Positions 28,101-42,315 of a stretch of 64,000 nt of DNA are shown here, piece by piece. The position numbers and the translations under genes are program-made. This stretch comes from Mobula hypostoma (Eukaryota). Each line of letters opens with the position of its first letter. The stretch's first letter is position 1. The stretch covers positions 94,986,001-95,050,000 of the forward strand of contig NC_086108.1 in the NCBI RefSeq assembly GCF_963921235.1. Reading direction: 5' to 3'. The notes beneath the pieces are model-generated. The model worked only from the letters and a program-made list of their open reading frames with translations. It ran no database searches and was not told the origin of the DNA.

Positions 28101-29410
28101 GGATATTAATAATGCCCTAACCACAGCAGGACCTTCTGCAGGATTGGAGACACAGCTCAGCACATCACAGAAACCAGCCTCCCCTCACACAGCATCTGCC
28201 CTTCTCACTGCCTCAGTAAAGTAGGCAGCATAATCAAAAATCCCATCCATCCTGCGCACTCTTCTCCCCTCAGGCATAAGATACAAAAGCCTGAAAGTTC
28301 GCACCCTAGGTTACACCCTTACTGAATAGAAAGGGTGTAAGACGACTGAATAGTTCTGTTTTATAACAAATTCAAATATATTCATCACTATGAAAGCAAG
28401 CTGAAAGTTCATACAGTTAAGACGAAATCCAAAACATGCAGAGCTAAAACCAACCATGCCATTAAAAAGGAGTACATGAACACTCAAGACAGACTTTCCA
28501 AGGCAAATTGAGAAGAAAATATTTCCTCAGTCTGATAATACAGCTCTGGCAATAAAATGGTACAATGATACCTCTGCCCTTCAAAGAATATCTAATCGAA
28601 TCTATTTTCCATCTGATCACCATATTTTTCACAAATCTGTCGTGTTAAATGAATACATAGAGCTCTATGCATTTAGAATTTTTGGAATTCACAAACCCCA
28701 AACCCCTTTTGTACGTGACAATGCCTCCTAGCTTTAGGATTTTACAATATACTGTTGCCTGTACGAGGGATTGGATAACTGGGCTTTCCTTAGTCTAGAA
28801 GAAAGGAAACTGCTGGAGGTACATAAAATTCTAAGAGGGACATATAAGAGGTGGGAGAAAGGAAATCTGAAAAAGGTATTTTATAGTGGCTGATATCTGG
28901 AATATATACTACCACAAGGTGGTGGAATCAGATACAATAACTCCATTTAAGAGGTATTTTGATAGACACTTAAAAAGATAAGCAATGCATAGAATACAGT
29001 TCCAACGCAGACAAATAGGATGATCAAAAAACGTCAACATGGACATGGCTGGCTGAAGGACCAGATTCTGTGCCGTAGGACTGATTCGTCCCACAAAAAA
29101 AATTCTCAAAATCAACCCTGTCAAGCTCCAGAATTTTACCTGGTTCATTAAGATCGACTCCCATTACTCTCCTGTATCGTTCCACTCTACTTATTCTTTC
29201 AGAATAAAAACAAACTTTCCAATGAAAATATACAATTCCTTTCTTTAGCAAAGTAAATTTACATCCCATTTGGTACTGGCTTCCAACCTCTGCATCCTTC
29301 ATACCTACTAATAAAATAAAAATGAGTTTCTCAACGTGGAGACTGAAGGTGAAAGTAAGTTTCCACAGGGTTTCCACTCATGAATATTCAACAAGAGAAT
29401 TTTTTTAAAA

Positions 29411-29416
29411 TTTATT
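29411..29416 (-). terminator. Likely RPL5 polyadenylation signal AATAAA
   Basis: tttatt on + strand about 55 nt past the stop, consistent with the short 3'UTRs of ribosomal protein mRNAs. Confidence 0.7.
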
Positions 29417-29468
29417 TTAGTTAATGTGAATTCAGATGATTTTTTAAAACAATTGCTGAAAGCACCCT

Positions 29469-29568
29469 TCAACTGTCTGCAGATTGTTCTTGTGCCCTTA
29501 GGAAGCTGGCCTTCTTTTGAGCAATACGATCCTTTCTCTGTTGCAAAGACATCTTGGGGCGGTTCCAC
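29469..29568 (-). CDS. RPL5: RPL5 exon 8 coding part (100 bp; [32 protein letters not shown])
   Basis: ttgcag| acceptor, TGA at 29471-29469; exon sum 3+70+116+135+203+178+89+100 = 894 nt. Confidence 0.97.
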
Positions 29569-30449
29569 CTGCAAAATTAGCAAAGAAATTATAATATTTA
29601 GTAAAGCAGAACTTGGTAATGTATTAAAATTTAGAGTTTATACTTATCTATTACTTCGAGCTCAGGGCTAAAAGACATTGTATGACATGCAAAAAGGCTG
29701 AACAGGAACACCTTAAATAAAAATCAACAGAATCTGATAAATGAAGGAATGGTTTAGGAGGGGGTTAGTGTTTCAGGAAACAACTAGCTGATCAGGGTAA
29801 GGGGCAAGCAGATGAGAAACAAATATAGAATTTCACTGAGTCACTAATTGGCGAAAAGGTAAAGAAAATAGATCAAAGCAACCAAAAAAAACTGGAGTGT
29901 TTTGAGTGAAAAAATTTATGGCAAATGACATGTTGAGAATCAATTTGAGAACTAGGTAAAGACAATGACAGGCAACATTATTAGAATGAAAGTAGATTCA
30001 GTTAATTCTCACTAACTGGACTTTTGGCACATGATGCCTATCTACATTAAGCACATTTGCCTGTGTTTGGTCCATCTCTCTCAATCCTTTTTGTCTACAT
30101 AACTGCCCCTAGGCCATTCTGTAATTCTACTATCAGTCTTCTATTATCTCCTCTGGGTGCTTGTTCTGCGTATGGACACGCTTGCCCTCAGATCTCCTTT
30201 AAATCTTTCCTCACATGTTAAACCCATTTTAAGAATCTTATTTCCAAAATCACACAATTGTCTCATACTCCCCCACCCTCAGGTCTCCTCCCATACGAAA
30301 ATCTTCAAAAACATGAACCCCTGCAGTTCTGGCCCCACAACCTCAATTTCTCATTACACTCGTCTTGATGCCAAGACCCTAAATTTTAATGATCTTCCTA
30401 AAGCTCCCACCCCCGCCCCATATCCTCAAACTTAATTTCATGAAACATC

Positions 30450-31203
30450 TTAAACCGAAGGAATTGGTTGTTGACTTCAGGAGTAGCGAACTGCACGACC
30501 CAATTTACATCGGTGGTGCACAAGTGGAACAGGTCAAAAGCTTTAAGTTCCTAGGGGTCAATATCACAAATGACCTGACTTGGTCCAACTAAGCAGAGTC
30601 CACTGCCAAGATGACCCACCAGCGCCTTTACTTCCTGAGAAGACTAAAGAAATTTGGCCTGTCCCCTAAAACCCTCACTAATTTTTATAGATGCACCATA
30701 GAAAGCATTCTTCTAGGGTGCATCACAACCTGGTATGGAAGTTGTCCTGTCCAAGACCGGAAGAAGCTGCAGAAGATAGTGAACACGGCACAGCACATCA
30801 CACAAACCAATCTTCCATCCTTGGACTCACTTTACACCGCACGCTGTCGGAGCAGTGCTGCAAGGATAATCCAGGACAGGACCCACCCAGCCAACACACT
30901 TTTCGTCCCTCTTCCCTCTGGGAGAAGGCTCAGGAGCTTGCAGACTCGTACGGCCAGATTTGGGAACAGCTTCTTTCCAACTGTGATAAGACTGCTGAAC
31001 AGACCCTGACCTGGATCTGGACCTGCATCTCATTTTTTTTTGCACTACCTTACTTTCCATTTTTCTATTTATGATTTATAATTTACATTTTTAATATTTA
31101 CTATTGATTTGTAATCCAGGGAGCGAGAAGCACAGAATCAAATATCACTATGATGATTGTACGTTCTAGTATCAGTTGTTTGGCAACAATGAAGTATAAA
31201 GTA
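30450..31203 (+). mobile_element. Rex1-like LINE 3' fragment in RPL5 intron 7
   Basis: KELVVDFR, FKFLGVNITNDLTWS, QRLYFLRRLKKFGL, NSFFPTVIRLLN; 3'UTR and tail. Confidence 0.85.
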
Positions 31204-31784
31204 AAACTCAACTTTCTCCTATCAAAAAAAAATTAGCCTCAATTTATTAGTTTGGCTCTCTCCCTATTATTGCCCATTTTCTTTCGATGACAATTTCCTG
31301 GCTAGTCATTAAATTGCATTCCCGTTGGTTAATCCCATCATCCTGAGTGGGATGGGGAAGATATATATTATTCAAGCCACTGTTTTACACCCATGAACAC
31401 ACTGCTGTATTTAATCTCATTAAAATACTTAGTTTCTTGTAACAGGAAGTTGAAACTGTAGTACTTCACGATCTGCTGTGAATTTCCAGTTTGTGATTGT
31501 GTAATAAATACAAAGCAGCACTACAGTAGCCTAGTTCATTAATGGTTGCCAGAGAAACTGTGCTTCTATGTGATTGCTGGAGATATACCCCTCATCTTTT
31601 ATGAACCTGCAATGATTCGCAAACAGCTATAGATCGAAGTACAGGAACTGCTGAAGACCAATGCTTCATATGAAGCAAAATAAATTTTACATGGCAGAAG
31701 ATTTGAAAATATTACAGGAGGTAAAGAGTATTTTGCAGAAAGACATTTTACCAGTTTTGAGATTATTATTAGTGAAGTTGTTAC

Positions 31785-31873
31785 CTCTTTTTCTTGACTT
31801 CTTTCTTGGGCTTCTTCTCATGAATAGGATTTTCTCGAATAGCAGCATGAGCTTTCTTGTACAAATCCTCAAT
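31785..31873 (-). CDS. RPL5: RPL5 exon 7 (89 bp; [30 protein letters not shown])
   Basis: atacag| and |gtaaca. Confidence 0.97.
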
Positions 31874-34247
31874 CTGTATAAAATATTTGGAACAACCCAC
31901 AATCAGACATCTTATACACACTGAAAATATTATATAGTATATTTTGCAAAATCTTAGCAAGTTTTAAAATTGATTAGGTATCTCGTATTTTGTCATCTTA
32001 GATAAAATAAAACGGACAGAAAAAAGTGATCGATAAATGGATCAGTGTTGAAACCACCCTTAATTGAGATACAAATGCCACAGATGAATGATGAGCCATA
32101 GAGCACAGGAACAGTGTCCATGCTCCCATGTACCCACCTATACTCTCCAACCTCAGATCCCACCTGAATCTAATCAAGGTTACCCAACCCTCAATTTTAG
32201 CACCATTAAAGGAAAATCCCCATCAGGTCTTCAGTCACTGTTCTCCAGTGGAAATAAACAGCCTGATAAGCCTCCACTTAAAACTCCAATCCAACAACCT
32301 TGTGAACCTCTGCTTCCTCTCCAGTGCAATCACATCCTTCCTATAGCATGGCACCCAGAACTGCATGCACTACTCCAGGTGCTGCCTAGTAAATAGTTTT
32401 AAAAGATGTAACATGGCATACAGTTTCTACATTCTGTGCCCAATCCAAAGGCAGCAAGCATGCCTCATTATATCCAACTGTACTGCTATTTTCAGGGACC
32501 TACAAACTTGGTATCGTTGAATTCCTCTGTTCATCAACACACAATTTACTGTGTGCATCACATCTCATTTGCCCTCCAAAAACAAGCTTCATCTCACACT
32601 TGGGGTGAAGTTCCATGTGCAATTCTCTGTTCAACTCTCCAGCTGATCCTCAACCTTCCTCACTATTGGAAAACAGTGTAAAGTTTTTAAATTCACTGAA
32701 GATCCCAAACTGAAGTGAAGCAAAGAAAGAATAGTATCAACCTACTGCATTGGGAGAATGGCTAATCTAGTGTTAGAAGTTTGGGCAGACCAGTGGTAGA
32801 TGCAATTTGACTCAAATGTATGAGATGATACAATTTGGAAGAAAGGACAACAGGTAACAGTCTAAATGTCAGTATGAAAAGGTACAAATAAAGAGGCTAC
32901 TTGAAGACTCATCATGGATCAATGAGGGTGCAGAACTTATTGACAGTTCACAAGAGTAGGCTATCTGGATCCTCGTCTGCCTCACCATTCATCACCGTAA
33001 CATACGTTGCTCAGCCATTCCAGATCCGCAAGACCCTCGATTCCCTGAAGTTTTTAAATCTACTCCATTTCAAATATCTAACACTGATTCTCTGGGATAG
33101 AAAATTAATGAGATTCCACACTCTTAGTTGTACACATCTCTGCTTTAAGTGACCAGCTATCTTGAAACTACACCCGTTTTTTTTGTGCAAGGAGAATCCC
33201 GGGCATATTGACATCCCATCCTGGCAGATTACTAGGTTTCATAAGAGGTACATGTACATTCCCACAGTGGTTCCAAAGAGACTTTAGCCATGTTAAACTG
33301 TTTTCTTCATACAGCAAATGGCAATGGCGAAGAACTCTCTGCCTACCCAGGTAATGGAAACCCACATCAGTGATATCAAAAGGAAATTGGGACTGATGGG
33401 ATTGATTTACAGAGTACCAATATGGATCTGACAGAATGTTATTCACTATTCAATTACGTCATTCAACACACCAAAAGAGGAGAAAGTTCAACAATTCAGG
33501 ACAAGTACACTCTGCTCCAATCAACCATAGCAGCAACAGCATCCATCATTCCCTCTCTCCACCTGTAGACCAGCTGAATAACTCTGGTCCCGTCCATTTA
33601 ATTCTAAGTCCCACAAAGTACTACAGCACAGAACACTCCAAATGCAGTCTCAATGTCTTGTACAATTACGTCTTGTTTCTCCAAACCAACACGAGTTTAA
33701 ATTCTGAGCAAATTACCATTCCATTACTGCAAATCATTGTAACCCATAGCAACAGTTTTGAAAACATAACATTACAGCACAATAGTTCAGCCCACCATGT
33801 GCCAACCTTTTAACCTACTCAATTATCTAACCACTCATAATGCTCCATCTTTCTATCATCCATGTGCTTATCCATGTTTCTTAGATCTCTATGATGTAGC
33901 TAACCTCTGCCACCACCCCAGCAGCACATTCCACATACCCATACTACATGCAAAAACCTTGCCTCTTGTGGAAACTAAAGGGAAATGTCAATCACCTAAA
34001 ATTGATAGGGCTTCATATTAACCATTTCCACCCTGGAAAAGTCTCTGAATATCAACCCCGTCTTCTATACCTCTCAACCTCCTTTGCCCCAAAGACGAAA
34101 GCCCTAGGTCATTCATGTGCCTTTAATTTACTATTCAGTCCCTTTAAACATAATCTTCAGATGAATGTTTATTCACCACCCCAACCCATTTTTCTGCCAG
34201 AATCAAATGCATACTTCAATAACAGGAAGGTTATAGTAGTTCCTTAC

Positions 34248-34425
34248 CATGTCAGCTGTGATTCCATGTTTGATGTACTGAGAAAATTGCTTCTTGTAGA
34301 CATCTTCGTCCTCATCTATCAGGTAGCGCATATACTCTGCTATATTCAACCCAAAGATATGCTTACGATGAACTTCAGGATTGAACTCCTTGCTCTCAGA
34401 ATCATAACCAGGGAATCGTTTAGTG
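34248..34425 (-). CDS. RPL5: RPL5 exon 6 (178 bp; [25 protein letters not shown]...GITADM)
   Basis: tcccag| and |gtaagg; conserved peptide, frame continuous. Confidence 0.97.
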
Positions 34426-36009
34426 CTGGGAAATTAAATTATGTTAGACATGAGTATCTAAGACTTTGACAAACTTCAATGCGCTTGAACAGAAAATTCT
34501 ACGAAAAGTAGTGGACATAGGCCAGTCCATCACAGGAAAACAGCATCCATCATCAGGGACCTCCACCACCCATATCATAATGCCTCTTCTTGCTGCTACA
34601 TTCAGGAAGGTGGTGCAGGATCCTCAGGACACAAAGATTCAGAAAGTTATTACTCAATCAGGCTCTTGAACCAGAGGGGCTAACTTCAATCAACTTCACT
34701 TGCCCCATCACTGAACTGTTCCCACAACTTGTATTTCTTGCTTATTTATTATTTGTTTCTCGTACAGTGTGTCTTTTGCACACAAGTTGTCCGCCCTGAT
34801 GGTGTGGTCTTTCGTTGTGATTATGTCCATAAGAAAATTAATCTCACAATTGTATATGGTGACATATGGACTTTGATAACAAATTTACTTTGAACTTCTA
34901 GTATTCTATTCACTCTTACTTTGCAACACAAGATTTTAGTCATGGAAGACTTAGAATACATCAAGCAAAAGCTAACTAATTCCACTCAAAAATATACAGG
35001 AACCTCAGAGAACCAAGCTTAGTGATGTTTATCCTCTGGCGTGCCTTGTGTCAAGGAATCTCTAAGTCATTGTGCACCTCGAGCCGATCCCTGAACCTCT
35101 TATTGCTGCTCTGAAGAACAGACGAACCCCCCACACCATGCTCAGGTATTGCTCGGGACTGCACCTCAGCCGATATGGCCAAGTGTAGCAACTGCTGAGG
35201 ACAGGTTGCAGCTTGTCCACGTCTCAGGTTCACCTGAATCCTACAGGCTCAACTCCCTCCCCTCAATCTGTTGGAATCAGAATCAGGTTTATCATCACCG
35301 GCATGCGATGCAAAATTTAACTTAGTAGCAGCAGTTCAATGCAGAAAGGAGAAGACAGAAGTAAAATAGAAGAGAAAATACAATATATGTATATAGAATC
35401 TAGTGAGGTAGTGTCCAAGGGATCATTGTCCATTCAGGAATCAGATGGCAGAGGGGAAGAAGTTGTTCCTGAATTGCTGTGTACGCCTTCAGGCTTCTGT
35501 ACCTCCTACCTGACGGTAACAGTGAGAAAACGGCATGCGATGATAACCACTTTCTTTCAGTCTTTGCTTGGCTATACTACTCGCCACAGACCAGGTCGAT
35601 CAACAAGAATCTCAACTTTTGGGAAGAAATGTGTAGCAAGCCAAAGAAAAGGGGACACAGCAGATCCAATCTGACCAAAGGGAGGTGATGAGTGACCACA
35701 AATCCAGGTGTCTGTCAAAGCACTATGAATACCTAGCAATAAATACCAGCCAGACGCAGCCCCAAATCCCACGTCTCAGCACTGAGCAGCCACACCACAT
35801 CACTTGCCCCAGCCTGCTCAACCAGACCACAAGCAATTCATTGGGATGTGAGCACATCAGCATTCTGTGGGAATTTGTGCCAGGTTCTCCGCATAGTAAC
35901 TGTCAATAATGCATCGCTCTGAATTTTATGCTCTAATGACCGCTTTCTGCACCAATTCCATAGGTTCGTGCTTCTGAGCTCACACTTCTGTGCTTAGATA
36001 CCAATATAG

Positions 36010-38506
36010 CAGTAGGTTCCGGTTAACTGGGTCATCACTTGATCAAGACAGCTGCCTATTTGGGACTAGATGAAGAAAGTAGCCAGGATTCACTTTGTTT
36101 ATTTGGGATGCTATGTCACTTAATTGGGACAAGAAACTATCTCTAACTTGCACTTGTGTGGCTGTTTCATAGGTTGGTTATTTAACTAGAGTCAGGGCAT
36201 GTGGTTATGTTCTTGTGAGATAGCTGGTGAGAAATAAGCAGCAAAACAATTCAGAACTGTATTGCTCATTGCGGTTTCAAGCATTCAGGCTTGGAGATGC
36301 TAGAAACAACCAGGAGTGAAAAATGAAGCCATTTCAACAAATTAGCTACTATGAAGAATTAAATCAACAATAATCTTGAATGTTATATAATGAAAATGAA
36401 GATCTGGAGGATGCAATCATGGAAAATTGTATGAAGACAGTCCATTAGTTACACCAGGTGCCTGTGCTAATACCTATTAGGAACTAATACAGATTTACAG
36501 TACTATAGCAGCATTATATAGCAGTACTATGCTCTTCTAATCTGTTCTGCATTTCATTTAACTACATAATATTTTAGGTAAATTGAAGGGATTAAAGGCA
36601 GGTAAATCCCCAGGGCCAGATGGTCTGCATCCCAGAGTGCTTAAGGAAGTAGCCCAAGAAATAGTGGATGAATTAGTGATAATTTTTCAAAACTCTTTAG
36701 ATTCTGGATTAGTTCCTGAGGATTGGAGGGTGGCTAATGTAACCCCGCTTTTTAAAAAAGGGAGAGAGAAACTGGGGAATTATAGATCAGTGGTGGGAAA
36801 AATGCCAGAGTCAGTTATCAAAGATGTGATAACAGCACATTTGGAAAGCAGTGAAATCATCGGACAAAGTCAGCATGGATTTGTGAAAGGAAAATCATGT
36901 TTGACAAATCTCAGAATTTTTTGAGGATGTAACTAGTAGAGTGGATAGGGGAGACCCAGTGGATGTGGTATATCTGGATTTTCAAAAGGCTTTTGACAAG
37001 GTCCCACACAGGATTAGTGTGCAAACTTAAAGCACATGGTATTGGGGGTATTGATGTGGATAGAGAATTGGTTGGCAGACAGGAAGCAAAGAGTGAGAAT
37101 AAACAGGACCTTTTCAGAATGGCAGGCAGTGACCAGTGCGGTACCGCAAGGCTCAGTACTGGGACCCCAGCTGTTTACAATATACATTAATGACTTAAGA
37201 CAAGGGAATTAAATGCAGCATCTCCAAGTTTGCGGATGACACGAAGCTGGGCGGCAGTGTTAGCTGTGAGGAGGATGCTAAGAGGATGCAGGGTGACTTG
37301 GATAGGTTAGGTGAGTGGGCAAATTCATGGCAGATTCAATTTAATGTGGATAAATGTGAGGTTATCCACTTTGGTGGCAAGAACAGGAAAACAGATTATT
37401 ATCTGAATGGTGGCCGATGAGGAAAAGGGGAGGTGCAACGAGAGCTGGGTGTCATTGTACACCAGTCATTGAAAGTTGGCATGCAGGTACAGCAGGTGGT
37501 GAAAAAGGCAAATGGTATGCTGGCATTCATAGCAAGAGGATTCAAGTACAGGAACAGGGAGGTTCTACTGCAGTTGTACAAGGCCATGGTGAGACCACAC
37601 CGAGAGTATTGTGTGCAGTTTTGGTCCCCTAATCTGAAGAAAGACATTCTCGCCATAGAGGGGGTACAAAGAAGGTTCACCAGATTGATTCCTGGGATGG
37701 CAGGACTTTCATATGATGAAAGACTGGATCGACGAGGCTTATACTCTCTGGAATTTAGAAGATTGAGGGGGGATCCGATTGAAACGTATAAAATTCTAAA
37801 GGGATTGGACAGGCTAGATGCAGGAAGATTGTTCCCGATGTTGGGAAGTCCAGAACGAGGGGTCACAGTTTGAGGATAAAGGGGAAGCCTTTTCCGACCG
37901 AGATTAGGAAAAACTTCTTCACATAGACAGTGGTGAATCTGTGGAATTCTCTGCCACAGGAAACAGTTGAAGCCAGTTCATTGGTTATATTTAAGAGGGA
38001 GTTAGATAAGGTCCTTGTGGCTAAAGGGATCGGGGGTATGGAGAGAAGGCAGGTATAGGGTTCTAAGTTGGATGATCAGCCATGATCGTAATGAATAGCG
38101 GTGCAGGTTCGAAGGGCCAAAAGGCCTACTCCTGCACCTATTTTCTATGTTTCTATAATTACTCAGTTAAACAAGAGTTTGTCTTTTTTACTTTTAACTA
38201 TTTTCATGAAACTTCAGCTAACATGCTATTACAACTGATGGCATTCCGGAGTTCAATTCCAGTGCCAATTGGTAAGTGGTCTCCAAGTGGAATATGAGGG
38301 TTTACTCTAGGCCTCTACTTAGACCAAAGACACAGGTTGATTGGTTATTGTAAATTGTTCTGAGGTTAGTTTAGGGTTAATCAGGGGTCACCAGGGCAGC
38401 GTACCTCAAAGGGCCTACTCCAAACTGTATCATTAAATAAAAACAAATGGGGTGGCCGCTAAATTGGGGCCAAAATGTACTGGTCCCAATTAACCAGAAT
38501 TCACTG
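36010..38506 (+). mobile_element. pogo/Tigger-like non-autonomous DNA transposon in RPL5 intron 5, split by CR1 and SINE insertions
   Basis: Imperfect TIRs cagtaggttccggttaactggg (36010) and cccaattaaccagaattcactg|ta (38506); acidic transposase-tail remnant (ENEDLEDAI). Confidence 0.6.
36575..38157 (+). mobile_element. CR1, 5'-truncated, same subfamily as 1-3170
   Basis: Closely similar to 1575-3170; tail ttttctatgtttctat; short ataat duplication at the flanks. Confidence 0.93.
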
Positions 38507-38824
38507 TATTTGAAAAAAATCACTTACTTCAGAAAGAAAATTCCATAAAAGCTTTAACTAGTCCGAGACTATAACTATTACATCAAGATTAATTTCTAAT
38601 ACTGTTTTCTGTCAACTACTCGACACTATCCATCCATTTTATTCCTGATAAGACAGCATGCAATCTGAGGCAAGAATTGGTATGGCACACCTCTTTCACA
38701 TATCAGTATCTTGAGCTTTTACAAAGTTTGTTCCTTTCAATGTAAAACTGTAGTGCTTGAAGTTGAATTGAAACTAACAAAATATGAAATGCCTAATGAA
38801 AACTGGACTGAGAATTTCTCTTAC

Positions 38825-39027
38825 CTGTGTGGAATAGACAGGCCACCATCAACTGCACCTTTCAAAGCTCCAAAGACTTTGTTGCCTGTGGTGGTTCTGG
38901 CAAGCCCGGCATCAAGATAGCAGGTGAAGACACTGGGTTTCCCATCGATACTTTCCACATTGTATTCATCACCAGTTACATCCACCTGACCCTCATAGAT
39001 CTTGTCCAGCCCAAATTTGTTGAGTAG
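38825..39027 (-). CDS. RPL5: RPL5 exon 5 (203 bp; [13 protein letters not shown]...[12 protein letters not shown])
   Basis: aaacag| and |gtaaga; motif [26 protein letters not shown]. Confidence 0.97.
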
Positions 39028-39669
39028 CTGTTTTCAAGATAATATAACAGTGAGAAGTCCATTTTGTTTCAAAATAAATCCATGCATTATCCAGACAATC
39101 ATCTATTATACATACTTTGGACAACTAGATTTTAGGGTATCAAAATCCCAAGCACAGCAACTGGGGCCTGACTTTTATCAGCACTGTAAATTGCAGAACT
39201 ACAAACCCACAGGGAAATGATGATTTCTTGGCCTTTTTACAAGGAAAGGCCATCCTCATGCTCCTTAAGCCTTAGACTGCATGAAGTGTGAGTATGAATC
39301 CAACACTAAAGCTGTATAGCGATGGAAGAAAAACACTGCCTCTGCAGTAGTCAGGTTTAGTGCCAGATATTTGTTAAATGAGCAACATTAAAGGTGGCAG
39401 CTCCCTTCTTCCTGCAACTTCCCCTCCAGAAATGTTGCCCCCTGTCACTCACCTTTCCCAACTACAGATCAAGTTGTAACTTACTAAGCCTTCAGAATGT
39501 TCCACAGCATTACATTGTGGTTGAAGCTCATGGACACACAACTTAATCTGTCCCAATATCAATCCCTATTTTTGACCCAAATCTAGGCTTCTGTACAGTC
39601 TCCATCCCTGACAGCTACATGTTGGAATACCTCCCATAATACAGGGTACAGAGGCTTGTATAGGGGAAC

Positions 39670-41500
39670 ACCCTGCATCTCGTGACCATAATGCCATTGA
39701 TTTCAAAGTAAATATGGAAAAAGATAGGTCTGGTTTGCAAGTTGAGATTCTAACCTGGAGAAAGCCACTTTGGATGGTATGAATCTGACCAGTGTTCAGT
39801 GAGGATTGGGACAGGCTGTTTTCTGGCAAAGGTGTACTTGGAAAATGGGAGGCCTTCAAAGGAGAAATTTTGAGACTACAAAGACTGAACGTGCCAGTCA
39901 GAATAAAAAGGTAAAGATATCACTTTTATGGAACTTTGGCTTTCAAGGGATATTGAGGCCCTGGTTAAGCAAAAAAGGAGGTGCATAGTAGGTATAGGCT
40001 GGTCAAATCAAATAAGGTACTTCTGGAGTACAAGAAATGCAAGAGTTAGGAGAACTGAAGTTAGGAGAACTGAAAGAAGGCACGATCATTCTCTGGCAGA
40101 CAAGGTGAAGAACCCTAAGGGGTTCTGACGATGTTAAGAGCAAAAGGGACAAAAATCAGTCCTCTGGAAGATCAGAACGGTAACCTATGCTTGGAGCCAA
40201 AAGAGGTGGGGGGAGATCTTGAATGGATGCTTTATTCAGGAGGTGGACACAGATGTGAGGCAAGACCAGTAAGCCTGACAGCAGTCATGGAAAAGCAACT
40301 GGAACTTCAGACTAAGGGACTTGATATACAAGTATTTAGACATAGACTGATTGGGAATAGTCTGTATGGCTTCGTGCATGATGTGTTGTGTTTAACCTAT
40401 ATTATAGCGTGTTTTTAAGGAAATTACCAGGAAAGTTGAAGTCAAAGCAGTGGATGTTGTCTACTTGGGCTTTAGCAAGGCTTTTGACAAGGTCCTACAT
40501 GGGAAGTTGGTCAAAATGGTTCAACTCTTGGCATTTAGGATGAGGTAGGAAATTGGATTAGACATTGGTCTTATCGGAGAAGCCACAGAGCGGCAGTAAA
40601 CAGTTGCCTCTCTGACTGAAGGCATGTGACTAGTGGAGTGCCACAGGAGTCGATGCTGGGTTCACTGATATCGATGACAATGTGCCAAACTGGATCGGCA
40701 AATTTGCAGATCACACCAAGATAGGGGTGCAGTGCACAGCAAGGAAGCCCAGAGCTACCAGTGGGATCTGGATCTGCTGGAAAAATGGCAGATGAAATTC
40801 AACGCAGAGGTGTCACACTTTAGTGGGACCAACCAGGGTAGGTCTTACAGAGTAAGGTAAGGCACTGAGGAGTGCTGTAAAACAAAGGAATCTGGGAATA
40901 CAGGTCCCTAATTCATTGAAAATGGCATCACAGGTAGGCAGGGCCATAAAGCAAGCTTTTGGCACGCTGTCCTTCATAAATCAAAGTATTGAGTACAGGA
41001 GTTGGGATGTTATGTTGAAGTTGTAAAAGACATCAATGAAGCCTGATTTGGAGAATTATGTACAATTCTGGTCATCTACCTACAGGAAAGATGTAAAATT
41101 GAACAGGTTCCTTGGAATGTAGAAGATTGAGATGTGATGGGCATGTATAAAATTATGAGGGGTACGGATGGGGTAAATGCAAGCAGGCATTTTCCCCACT
41201 GAGATTGGGTGGGACTACAACTAGATTTCATGGGTTAAGAGTGACAGGTGAAAAGTAAAAGGGGGACATGAGGGGAAACTTCTTCACTCAGAGGATTCTG
41301 AGAGTGTGGAATGAGCTGCCAGCACACATGGTGCATGTGAGTTTGAATTCAAATGTTTAAGGGAAGTACGGAGAGGTACATAGATTGTAGCGATGTGGAG
41401 TGCTATGGTTCTGGTGCAGGTCAATGGGAGTAGCCAGTTTAAATGGTTTGGCACAGACTAGATGGGCTGAAGGGCCTGTTTCTGTGCTGTATTTCACTAT
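39670..41500 (+). mobile_element. Old CR1 in RPL5 intron 4
   Basis: Degenerate RPVSLT, tttagcaaggcttttgacaagg, ggagtgccacagg motifs and CR1 3'UTR. Confidence 0.8.
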
Positions 41501-42045
41501 GAATAACCCCTCCAGAATAACCACAAACCTATTTTTTTAAATCAAAATTCCCTCAATTGGCACCTTTAGAACTGTTCTACCTCCTTGTCTCCGAATCAAC
41601 ATTTTTAAAAATCCTGAGAAATCCTTTGACAGTGGAAGTGCAACATGAACCCAAAACGTTGCTGCAACTGATACTGTAATTGAAAGATGCTGCAGGTGCT
41701 GGAAACCCAGAGTAACACACAAATCTTAGGTCAGGCAGCATCAATGGACAAGAATTAAAGTCGACGTTTTAATCCAAGCCCTAATGCAGGATCTCAGCCT
41801 ACTTCCACTCTTTATTGGAGTAACTCAGACCTGCTGAGTTACTCCAGTATTTCATGTGTGCCTCTGCTTCTGGCAGTTCAGACTTCCGGCTGTGTTAAAA
41901 TTTCAATTTGCTGATGAAAACCTGAGACATTAAGTCTCTACCTCAATTAGTGAAATTTCAAACTCCAACATAAACCCTACACCTAAACCTAATCTATACC
42001 TAAAAGTATACTTTGCAGTTAAAATATACAATATTTGCCATAAAT

Positions 42046-42315
42046 AGGGGTGGCGCAGTAGCACAGTGCTTTACAGTACCAGCGAACCAGGTTCAATTCC
42101 TGCCACTGCCTGTAAGGAGTTCGTACATTCTCCCCATGACCACATGGATTTCGTCTGGGTGCTCTGGTTTCCTCCCACAGTCCAAAGATGAATCGGTTGG
42201 TAAGTTAATTGGTCATTGTAAATTGTCCTGTGATTACACTAGGGTTTAATCAGGGGTTGCTGGATGCATGGCTTGAAGGGCCGAATGGGCTTATTTTATG
42301 CTGTATCTCAATAAA
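42046..42315 (+). mobile_element. tRNA-derived V-SINE (HE1-like); a weaker copy lies at ~38240-38445
   Basis: A/B-box-like head (tggcgcagtagc, ggttcaattcc), V-domain gggtgctctggtttcctcccacagtccaaaga, CR1-type tail. Confidence 0.8.

Noticed and set aside
31497..31615. Possible H/ACA snoRNA in RPL5 intron 7
   Set aside because: An ANANNA is present but ACA is not positioned directly after the second hairpin and no rRNA guide is evident
33361..33400. cccacatcagt...ggactgatggg hairpin resembling the U21 3' end
   Set aside because: The U21-like string is antisense to RPL5, and there is no 28S guide or proper C box
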